Notes under the pieces: generated by a model
Databases searched by the model: none
What the model was told of the DNA's origin: nothing
The model's input: the letters and a program-made list of their open reading frames with translations, nothing else
Part shown: positions 23,001-35,000 of the stretch, one piece after another
Layout of the letters: every line of letters begins with the position of its first letter
How positions within the stretch are numbered: position 1 is the first letter of the stretch
Origin: Perkinsus chesapeaki ATCC PRA-425
Taxonomy: Eukaryota > Protista > Perkinsozoa
Length of the DNA stretch: 48,924 nucleotides
Assembly: GCA_013115145.1 (NCBI GenBank)
Contig: JAAPAO010000237.1
Span: 1 to 48,924 of the forward strand
Reading direction: 5' to 3'
Program-made: the position numbers and the translations under genes

Positions 23001-26000
23001 GTCAGGTTCGTGACCAGGACACCTGTCCTTCTACAGTCTGATGTGTCACCAACGGCATAGGTGGCACTCTTCACGTTAGACATGTCGACAAGACCAACAT
23101 CGCTCACCCGGATGACCGAGACCCACGCCTTCCCGGTCCATGCTTCCAGATCAGGGCCGCCCCCTCGCAGCCATACAGGATCAGTAGGAGCCGCTGAGAA
23201 CCTTACTGTGACGCCGTGACGCGTTGCTGAACTCGAAAGCATCGGACCCATAACGAAATCAAATGACACGCCAGAAACTGCCACGTTCAGCGGCGCTGCT
23301 AGTGTGCCATCAGACAGACCGTGAGAGTCCTCCACGTAGACGTACAAGTCATAGCTTTTGCCACGCTCTAGACTGCAGTTGAAGATAACAAACATTGGCT
23401 CTGTTCCGATGGTCATGTTACCATACCGGCAGCCGGGCCCACCCAAAGCGAAGGTGCCAGCCTTGACAGCGTCAATGTCTACCGAGGGACTGTCAATCTT
23501 GCTCACAACCGAGGCGTACATGAAGCCGACCGTCGTATTAGCCTGGAAGCTCACGCGCAGCTCACGCTCCGTCGGTGGGTTGTGAAGATACGGTAAGGAA
23601 ACGAAGTTATTAGATGGTCCGAGACCGAACTTCACCAATGGAGCCATTGTGCCATCGTCGAGGCCGAGCGAGTCCTCCACATAGACAAAGGCTGCATACC
23701 GCCGACTTCGGGCCAACGCGCAGTCGGTAATGAGAAGGATGCTAGAAGTGGACGCGGACACCGACTGGGAAGCCACCCCACACTCGACTGGCTCCGATGG
23801 GCTCAACTCTTGTCGCTTCAACTGCTCCAGCGACACACATGCAGACGATTCCTCTGGAACCACGGCGGCCCAGAGCTTACCAGCCACAGCTGCAGTGTAG
23901 CTTAGCTCAACCCTTCCGACCATTGGGAAGTTGATTATATTAGGATTGACCAGGAAGTAGTTGGACGCATTATGCGGCATGACTCTCAGGGTCATCGGCT
24001 CCGACAGTGTACCATCCCCGTAGCCTCTGCCATCCTCAACGTAGACCGCTGCCCAGTAGGCAACACCCGCCGCCAAGCCGCAGTTACTCATGCTCACTAT
24101 GGTGTCTGCACCGGCATTGACCGGCTGATTGGATACCCCACACAGAGAGCTCTCCAACAGCTTCACACTGGACACGCTTCGTAGAGTGGCAAGGCCTCCA
24201 CCCTCGACCACAGACACCCAGTATCTTCCTGTAAAGGTGGGAGTGAACGCCAACTGGACCAAGTTCCATTGTGGTGTCGCGTACACTCTGGGACTTCGAT
24301 ACCGGCTGCTCTCGAAACTGTTGCTAGGTGGGACCGTGAACCACAGTGGAGAGCTCAGGCTGCCATCGTTACGCCCGAGCGTATCCTCAATATACACGAA
24401 CAAGGCGTAGGAGGTGGAGCCGTTGAAGCTACAAGCTGTCAGGTTCACGGTGGTCAAGTTCTGTATGACCCAGATGCCCTCGGCTGTTGTCCAGCACTGC
24501 TGGTGGCGCCATAACCCCAACTTGACGGCAGTGGCATTGACAGCGTTAACATTAGCGTCCTCCACTACCTGAAGAGGCACAATCAAGACGGGATATTACC
24601 GGCTAAGCAAGTAACCCGTGAACGCGCACACCATAGTCCCCCGATACCATGGAGAGCGATGGAATGCGACAGACACGTGAAATTACGTAATACAGATACT
24701 AAATGTGATCGCCGCAGCAGAGGTAAAAGTCAGAGCTGAAGTATCCAGCACAACCATGATTTCTATAGTGGCTTACCTCGATCCAGGCCTTGCCGTTACC
24801 AGCACTCGCCCCAAAGCGAACCTGCACACTGTCCGTCGTTACACTGAGGACGCTCGGATCCTCCCAGAAGTAGCTGGAGATCCTCATCGATGGCATTGGT
24901 ATGGCCGTCAACAAGGCTCCGTCTCCGTCTCCACCATTGACCCCTTCCAAATACATTTGAACGTAGTATGGCTGGTTGGGCCTCATGCCACACTGCCGGA
25001 CGGTCAGCCGACTAGTCTGGCCGCCGGGCAGGTACTTCCTAGCCACTCGGCAGGCGTCCTTGAGAGGGAACTCGCTGGTCGCCGGTGATGCCTCCCGCTT
25101 ACCTGTGGTGAGGACGGATGCTTGTTCCGGCCATAGACCAAGTCGAAAGCCGTCTGCCTCTCGAAGGCCGCTGATGTGAGCTGCATCCAGACATAGCCAT
25201 CATCATTAGGAGTGATGTCCATCGAGAAAGTGTGAGAGCTCGTCAGACCTGCAGCGACACGCAGGTTCAAACCCCGGCGACGGCATCGACAACTTACCGC
25301 CGAATGTTGGAGGGCCCTGGAACGAGTTGCTAAGAGGGTAGACGAGCTGACCATCCCTATAGACTCTGTACCCCAGCACCGCTGAGCCACAGTCATCGCT
25401 GGTAGCAGACCAACTAACCTGAATGAACTACTCTCCGCAGCCACTACACTGGCAACTGCCCAACTCACATCCAAGCTCCACGGGTTGCCACCGGTCTTAG
25501 TGGGAGCAGCCGGAGGGCTGGCCGGCACACATTTCATCAACGCCGTGAAGGCAGTAGAGTTGCCTCCCTCCCCACCAGCGTTGTCAGCACCGACCTTCCA
25601 ACGGTAATAGCTGCCATCTTGCAGCCCTGTAGCCGTATAGCTCCTCGACGGTCCTTCATAAGCCAGGTCGAATTCCCCTCCTCGAGTGCCGTCATCGATA
25701 TATAACCGATACGAACTAGCGCTGGCTGACTCATCCCATGCCAGGCTCATCTGACCTCTACTTCGAAGGTCCCGCACGTCCAGTGGGCTGGTCTCCACAT
25801 TGTACTTGAGGCCGAGCCCGGTCGGTGGAACCGGTGGTTCCAGACACAGAAAGGCCACCGCGGAGGAATTATATCCCCAGCCGGCCTGAGTATAGGCGCT
25901 GGCGGTCAACGAATAAGGCGTCCCTGTCTGGCAGGGCAGAGTGGCAACAGTAGTCCCAGCTTCGACAATGGTGCTGTAGACGGTACAAGTGCCATTCACC

Positions 26001-29000
26001 AGCACTCTATATCCTAGCAAGTAGGACCCTCCATTATCAGCCGGCTCGTCCCATTCGATCATCATCATGGCCTCACCGGCACTAACCGCTCCGAGATTCC
26101 TTGGCGGCCCGGCCAGATCTGCCGCAACACACAATACAGGAATCGTGAAGTTGCCAGTGCCCACAGCGTTCACAGCAGCCACCTTGACACGGTATCCCCG
26201 GCTTTCTGTGAGCCCCGTCAGAGTCGTAGATCTTCCCGGTTCGAACTTAACATGACTGAAGCTCCCACCGCGACCGTCATCAACGAACACGTCGTAGTTG
26301 ATAACTGCAGTGCCGCCATTTCTAGCAGGTCCCACCCATCTCAAGTTGCATGTTGCTCGCCCTGTCGACAACACTTCAACACCCGTAGGGGCATCCGGCA
26401 CAGTAGCCAAGTAAGCACTCACATACCCGCTGTACGGCCCCCATTCGGCCAAAGCCTGGTTCCTGGCAGCCGTTCTGTAAACACACTGGGTCCCCGGTGC
26501 TCCCGGAACCGCAGTGTCGTTATAGCTGAGCTGCACCCATGATGAGTTCAGCACTGCGAACCCACTGCCACAGTCTCGCTCAACCTTATAGTATTGAACC
26601 ATGGCACATCCAGTATCGATTGGGGCCTCCCACGCCACAGAGATATGGTCGTAGCTACTACTTATCAGCGCCAACTGCTGCGGGGCGCCTGGAGGCACTG
26701 CCAGTTCAACCGATACAACCGAGCTCTTTGGGCCTAGTCCGATCACACTTTGCGCTGCTACTTGCGCTTCGTAGATCCGACCGCATATCAGACCAGTACT
26801 GGTGAACGATCGAACGTTCGGCACTGAGGCCCCATCAAACACCAGTGTCGGATCGTCATTATAGCCATTGTTAACGAACAGCTTGTACGAGACCGTGCTG
26901 GCCCCACCATACTGGGAAACCGGCAAGGCGTCCCACTCCCAAGTGATGCTGTCCACGGTGGAGGTCTGCCTCCTTAGATTTTGCGGCGCAGCGGTCGGAG
27001 GTTTGCCGACGACATGAGAAACCGCGGCGCTCCATTCGCCCGATATGTTCGCGAAGTTCACCGCACGAACCTTAAACTGATACGTAGTTCCCTCAATAAG
27101 GCCGCAGACGGTGGTGTTGAGCCAATTGGCTCCGTATGGCATCGAGGAGTCTGTCCAAGTAATGAACAGCGGCTCCGGAGCATAGTGCAGTTGATAGTAG
27201 TTGATAGGGCTACCACCACCTTCGATGCTCGGGTCCCATCGGACATCTACACAGGTGTCTGTATAATAGGCGGCACTGACGTTAGTCGGTGCTGAAGGCA
27301 TGTAGGCCATCACAGTGTAATCGACTGTCCTGTTGCCAACCTCCTCAGATGACTTCCCTATTATATTAACCCCCAACACATACGCCCGATAGGTCCTACC
27401 AAGCGCTAGACCAGTCCTCAAATAGTATCTCGTATTAGGCTTGTTGAATCCGTTGTATACCAGCTCGAATGGTCCACCAAGGCCATCGTCGCCCCACAAC
27501 TCGTATCCCTTGAAAACGTCACGCGCCCCGCTACCGATGCCAGCAATGGTCGTGTCCAAGGCGTCCCACGTGTATCGAATACTCTGCTCGTCCATGGTTC
27601 GGCCCGACAGGCCCTGGACGATACCAGGACGCTCAGCATTGCGGGTGAACAGGGCGTGGCTGTGTTGGGACCACCCTTCGCAGTTCTTGGCTCGGACCGT
27701 AAACAGCCACGGTCCGCCGGCCGCTGTGCAGTTCTTCCCACTCACAGTGAGGGAGGCCGTCAATGCAGTGTTCACGGAACCACTCAATTCGGCAAGTTGC
27801 GTAGAGTATTCATAAACTGCATATTTCTCTATCTCGCATCCTCCATCGTCCTCAGGCGGCCCCCACCCGATCTCGATAGTCTCAGCCGCGCAGTCCGTCA
27901 ACAGCACAAATGGCCTCGCCGGCGGACCAGGGTCAGCAACTGTCCGGAATGTGGACACATCGCTCAGTTGACCCTCGCCGGCCATATTCGTCGCGCTGAC
28001 CTGGAAGGCGTAGCGAAGGCCCTCCTCCAAGCCGTCGAACTCCCGATGGGTCGCCGGTCCGTCGAAAACAGGCAGACGATCGCCGCCGCGACCGCTGTCC
28101 ATATACAGCGTGTATTTGAACAAATCGTTGCCTCCCGTATCTTGAGGTTGTTGCCAAGCTACATGGAGAGCAGTACGGCTACGATAGACCGCCCTGACAC
28201 TCGCAAGCTGACCCGGGGGACTGGCCGCCACCAATGTAGCCACCGCAGATCGCAGCGACTCCACCCCTTCAGTGTTCACAGCTACTGTCTGGTAACGGTA
28301 GAATTTACCGGCCGAAACGGAAAGGTCCTTGAAGTCGAAAAGATATGGACTGCTCAACTCGGTGACCAGGGCGGATATCGCCGTCCTAGTAGGAGGGTCA
28401 TCTCGGTAGACCCTAAGGCTTCGTATTGAGGCCCCACCGTTATCAAAGGAGACAAAGGTATTCAAGTGGATGAAGCTGACGGAGGAGTTCCCTAACAATG
28501 GAACATTCACAGTGATTGAAGCAGCGGATTCCCCTACGCCTGGTAGGTGGCGGAGGAGCTGCTGGTGGGCCAACAACTGTCCTGTAGATGATGTTGGTGC
28601 TGAGCTTCCCTCCTCTGGTGTTATTAGCAGCTATTCGGAAACCGCACCTACCAACACGAGCTTGAAGCCGCAACCGTGACAGAACGCGACGAGTGTTGAG
28701 ACCCGTGGTGCAGTAACGGACCGTCCAGAGTAGCATGGAAACAGCAACACTTCACAAAATCTGGATTTTTGAAATGCCAATCATAAAATTAAATGATTAA
28801 GCATTATCGCTCACAACAACCTCACCTTACCTTGCTCCGGTGGGAAGGTCCCCAAACTCGTAGCTAGTGGCTGTGGAGGGTACATCAGTGCTCATAACCG
28901 TAGTCACATCACCACCATTACAATCATCTCGGTAGGCCGTGAAACCCGTCAATGGAAGCTCAGCCGATGACACGCAGGTGGCGGTACTGGCCACCGTACC

Positions 29001-32000
29001 TGAGGCGGATATCTAACATCCCGAGTACCATAGAAGTAGAAATGAAAAACTCGCCGTACGTAGATGTCGCAAAAAACGAGTTAACTCTGAGATGGGATGC
29101 TTACACGGCGTCCACACTATCGTCACGCTCGTAGCTGTTCGCAGATGATCCTCGGCCTGAATTGTGAAATCGCCAGGTAGACTCCCCGTAACAAAGGTCG
29201 CAATATCAGACCATTGACCAGGAGTGGTACAAGCCAAAGGGCAAGGATAGCTCGCCAAGGTGCTGTTCTGTGGACAGGGACCGTGGGCGCGGACTCGAAC
29301 TCGGTAGTATTTGCTTGGGGTGAGGCTGTGGATGACATAGGAGGAGTCTGAGGGAAGTTCTATGAAGTCAAAGTTTGCTATCCTTTCTGTTAAGCAAGGG
29401 TTTAAGTTCAGAGCTCACAGGACTAACTACCTTTTACCACTGGAGGCAAGACCCAGAGGCTTTCCAATACACTACTAATAATGGAGAAGAGTAGGCAGGT
29501 AAGCGAGAGCCACAAGAAGGCTATATATAATGACACTCCACCCGAGAAATCCTACCAGCAACGCTGCAGGACTTGATGCTGACCGATAGGCTGCTTGCTG
29601 TCGAGTCACCATTGTCGTGCTCTATCTCCCACATGACTATTGGACCAGAATTTGCTGTACTAGGAGTAGACCATTTCAATGCAATCTCTATGTACGGGCT
29701 TCCGCTGTCATACTTATAAACAGGTCGCCCTAAGGATGAGCAAGAATGAATGACTTAGCAATATTATACGTCGTATAATATCAAGTGGTTTTCCATAGGT
29801 GATCCCCCAAGACTCGGTTCCATAAGACACACGTAAATTAATGGCTCCGCAAACGAGAGAAACCTTGCCGCTTTCCCGTAAGACGATGAAATCCAAGAAA
29901 ATATCCAACCTTGACTTCGTAAGATCGGTGACCACCTCTATTTCCGGAACACGTTCGGAACATACCTGGCTTTCCATGAGGGACTCCCGCGTATAAAGCC
30001 ACTCGAGAAGTCAGCGATCCTTCCCCTGCGACTGTCATCGCAGAAGCTGCAACCCAGTAGTAGCGGCCAGGAGTGAGACCTGTAAGGGAATCCACACACA
30101 GCTGACGAATTTGCGGAATTAACCCGAACGAACATGCCGCCATTCTACCTGTTAGGTTATATTCTAATACGTTAGCTCGGTTAGAGCCATCATAGACGAT
30201 ATCCAGTGGTAGTCCATCCAACCCGTCATTCGCATACACTCTATACCCCGTGATAGGGCAACCACCACTATCCACCGAGTTGAGAATCGGGAACCAACTG
30301 ATTCCAATAACAGTCGGACTCCACGATGGGCTTATCCGGCTGATGTTGCTCGGTGGTACTGGAGGCTGGCAAGCGTAGAACGTCCGATGGCCAGACGCAT
30401 CCCTGTCACAGGCGCTATACTCATCCGTGTCGCATGTGGTCAAGTCATTCACCGCATTCTTAGCATAAACTCGATATCGGTAGCCCGTGCCGGCAACTAT
30501 GGACGATGCGTCTGTGTACTCGAGGATATTAGCATACATTGCGGCGATGGTAGTAAAAGCCGAGGACCCGGCGGGCGCACGCTGCACCACGTAACCCGTC
30601 ACAGGCATGCCTCCAGAGTCGCTAGGTGGTCCCCACTGAATTGTAATTGCAGATAAATTGCTTCTACTCAGCTCTGGTGGATCCACCCTATATGGCCGCC
30701 TGCTGCACGGCTTCACACAGCAAGTTGAGGACTGTGCACTTTCTCCAGCCCGGGAAAGGGCTGTCACTCGTATGTCATACCACTCCCCAAGTGTACAACT
30801 GGCTAATGTGTACTGCATAGTCGCTGCATTACCTGTCCCATCATAAGCCAGCTCGAAGTTGACATAGACCTTATAACCGGTGACGGTCGGGGGAGAGCTC
30901 GGCGCGACCCATGATATTGAAATGGAGCTCTCTGTACTGTCCACAAATGAGGCGACAGGTGCAGCGTTCGGCGGGCTCGCCATGAGATCGTTCTCTTGAC
31001 TGTAAACCACCGCTCCAACGGTCACGTCATTATCAGCGAAAAGACGGTAGCGGTAGATCTCGAAAGCTCGGATGCTGACCACATCGGTATAAGTAAGCCC
31101 AACGATATTTGTCATCACCGTTGACCAGGCACCACCCATTTGTGACCGTTCCAGTGTATAGCGCAAGTTACTCGACTTCCCGCCGTCATCAGCAGGATCC
31201 CATTCCACTGTTATGAAATTAACAGTGGTGTTACTCGTCCCTTGTCTAGGCCTCCCGGGCCGACCTGGCCTTCTAGCAGCATACGCTTCAATGTCCGGGG
31301 ATTTCACACCGTCGCCAGCCTGATTGACTGCTTGTACGTGGAATGTATACAACTCCCCAGATGTGAGAGCAGACGTACCATCAGCCAGAGTAGGTGCATA
31401 CTCATAGCTGAGTATCGAGCTCCTATTCTGACCATTATACACCAGTCTGTTGACCAAAGTGTTGTTGCCGCTATTCACCCAAACCTTGTACCCAGACACG
31501 ATGCTCTCAACAGGCGCACGCCACTTGAGCACAATGCTAGTGTTAGAGCTCCTAATCACCCAGCCTTGCTCTGACTGGACAGGCGCGTTCGGCGGGTCAG
31601 TGGCCAACAGGGTTATGCGCGGGCTCCTGGGTCCCTCACCGGCCGCGTTTATAGCTACCACTTGGAACCGCCAAATGTCATTGGGAGAATCGAGCTCGAC
31701 GAAGGGCCCAAAAATTGTCAGCGATGTGATCCTTGCATCCGCGGTGTCTGCGTAAGTTTCGTAGCTCCCCGGAGAATAGTAGACTCTATATCGAACCAAA
31801 GATGTGCTGCCGACTTCCAGCGGTGGATCCCATTTAATAGCAATCTTATCTCGCGCTTGAGTGATAGACAAGTCGCGCTGAACGTTGCGCACAAGTCCCG
31901 GCTTGACCCAATCACAGCAGCGATACTCAGAGACATTGGAATATGCTGAATGGCCGACCCTAGTATACCAACTCTGTGAAATCTTATACATCCTGCCGTA

Positions 32001-35000
32001 GGTAAGGTTGGTAACCCGCACAATCGACGGACTAACATCAGTGGCCAGTGTGATCGAGTTGCGAAGGACGGAGCTACCCATACCATCGTTCCACGAAAGA
32101 GTATATCCCAAGGTAGGGGGTAACGAAAGCGTACCACAAGCCGTAGTCCTTGGGGGTACCAATGAAAACGTGAAGCTTCCAGTAGGGTCAACACTGGAGG
32201 CTGCTGTCAGCACCGGTGGATCAGGCGTATCAGGAAGGAAGCACGGGAACAGCGAAATCTCTCGCGGCGATCCCAATAACGTATTAGCCGCTGAGAGCCT
32301 GTAAAAATATGGCACATCGTTATCAAGTGAGGTTTGGGCATATGAATAGGTACTAGCGGGAAGGCTGGACGTCAGCGTCGTCCATGCGCCGCTGTAATCC
32401 TTCTTCCTCTCCAACTTATAGTATGCAATAGGTTCATTTCCCCAGTCAAACGGCGGTTCCCAAGCAAGCGTGCCCGCACTGGTACTGAACGGGCTTTCCC
32501 TATAGAAAACGCTCACAGGTTCTGGTGGCTTATACACGGTGATTTCGCCGCTGGGATTTAACGTATCCAACTCCAGTCCAGAGTGGAAGAGGTTCGTTCG
32601 TGGAATCACATGCTTCGCGACTCCTCGAGCCGGGCAACTCCATGAGAGGCAGAATCTTGCGATACCATCACTGTCCCAATATGCTATCTGGATCGCTGTC
32701 ATCATCCCCGGTACCATAGTCAAGTGGGGTATATCGTAGCTGCCAGCATGGGCTGCCCACAACACTAAACGGTCACCAAGCCAGATGTAGGCAGCTTCGT
32801 CCAGTTCCACGTGGAGGGTATAATTGCATGCGTAATCAGCCCGAATGTAGCCATCCCACTGCATACTTACGTTGTCCGACCTTTGTGAGGGTCCAACTGT
32901 GCCCTGGCCCCAGTCGAGGCACATCAATGGCTCCACAAATTCGCCCGTTGGCTTACCAGCCCATCCTCGAGTGGGCCAGTATTTAGCATTCAGCCCTCCT
33001 TGCTTAGCGACGAAGCATCTCACTTGCCAGCTACCACTCTCGGGGTACTTCGCTTCGAGCTGCCAGACGTCATCGCCGGTGCGGTGAACAAATAACGGTT
33101 TCCGGTTTGGAATGAATCCATGGGTATCAACTTTCGCTGTCAAATTCAAACTCATTTTCTGCGGTCCCTCAGCGAAGCAGGCAACTTCAATCGTCGGGTC
33201 GCCCGTCACAATGTTCGTAAACTCATCTCGAGCAGTGAGGGTGAGGTTATACGACACATTAGCCTGGACTTTGCTCAGACTGCCAAGTGGTGTACCGTGT
33301 AGGAAAAGATTCTTATTGAAGTCATAGTCCAGCTTCGAGCTTGGATCTATGGGTGCCGGCTTCACAGTGATGCTCAGAGGGATATTAGTTCCCCTTACTC
33401 TGACGATGAGACCAGTCCAAACCTGGGCAGTCGTTTGGACGTAGCAATACTGCCACTTGCCAAGGCCCCAATACTTCGTCATCGGTCCAAGATTTGTGGT
33501 GGGGGGATCATCCTCGACATCCTGAGCTCCTTCAGCCAGAATTCCATATACGTTGTTCAACACATTGTCCCGCATCGTTACATTAAAGCACGCCTGTCGA
33601 CCAGCATAAGACTCGTTCTGCGCTGAGCCTTCGATGAGCGTGTTAGAGCCCACCACACTATTAGGTGACACCACCACGGTAAATGGCATGCCCACTATGT
33701 CCTGCCATATACGTCCATCTATCCAAACTTGCACGCGGAGCTTCCATCTCCCTGCCCTCTTCGGACTTATGGAAACCGTGTAGCGCCCGCCGGCTGTGTA
33801 GGAGAGATTGCCGTAAACGTAATTCTCGCTAGTTCCCGTTTCTTCTAGGAAGGCTCGAAGACGGCACGTATCCAACCCCGAACCAACTGTTCCGTTCCAG
33901 CAATCTGCCACTGCTGGGTTATCCGCCATGCTTCTCGAGTTCCCGAATTTATCAACCGTATGAACGGTAAAGGTGTTGATAACGCCGGCTGTCATTGAAG
34001 AGAGAGCAACACCGCTGGCCGTGCTGTTGGTCCACGTGAGCCCCGTCGAGACATCCACGGTTTGCTGATCCGATGCCAGAACATTTAACGGCGCCAGCAA
34101 GTTTTCAGCAGGAATCGGATGCTTGGGGAAGTCAACGCCGGACCACGACAGCCTAACAAAGGCCCGACTAGTACTGTGCCGATAGATCAGCTCGATTGGA
34201 ACAGGCTCGCTCTTCTTAAGGTACACCGACCCCGAAGCGTATATCGCTCGCCCGTCAATGTGGCGGAGCTCCCACTTCTCCACCAAGGTCTGGTGATTAA
34301 CCTTCAACCTCACAGCATGGTCGGCATCAACGTGGATCTTGTGTGTGCCGGTTGAGTTCGGCAAGATCCATCCCGTCCAGCGCGCACTCCAGAAATCCCG
34401 ATGCATTCCATCAAAAGGAGCCACAGCGTCCCAGGACAAGTCCACAGCTTCAAGCCGGGTATAAGTGAACAGCGGTGCATTACTGTGACGTCTGTCACTA
34501 GTAAGCGCTACCAACGACTGCAGCCCAGGCGTCCGGAAGTATTCTCCGACCAATCCGCCGGGCTGCCCAACATACACTATGATACTGTACGTGCCCACTA
34601 CTCGTAGCGTGCTGTTAAAGACGTACGCCCCCGACATAGTAGTCTCGTAGGTACCATTGAAGCGCAGTGACGCCGTTGTGTTGGCGAAGACAGGAGCGTA
34701 CTCGGCAATAAAGTGCACATCGGTGCTGTTTATTGCGTTGCCCCAATAGTCACGGGGATAGCATTTCCAAGCTACCCACTCCCCGGCAATGTACGAGTTT
34801 GGGATGTCGCACCGTGTACCGTTTTGGTTAACAGGAGCAGCGACCACATCAATGCCTTGGACCGTCAGATTTGCTGAATTCTTGATTTCGTGACCGTTCA
34901 CGCTTACGCTCAATGACACTCGCCTTCCTGCTGTCGGCGAGCCCATCATAACTGTATATGTGCCGTTGTAGTTGGCGCTCGAATTCAGACTGTGCCCATT

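Noticed and set aside
27656-28429. 257-aa plus-strand ORF and many other ORFs opposite the giant gene
   Set aside because: These are shadow ORFs of GC-rich FN3 codons with no recognisable motifs.
28492-28545. Apparent +1 frameshift between PPAAPPPPT and GVGESAAS in the giant gene
   Set aside because: A 46-nt GTAGGG...TGTTAG intron (28492-28537) restores the frame (PPPPTRRNSSVSFIHL), so no frameshift or recoding is needed.
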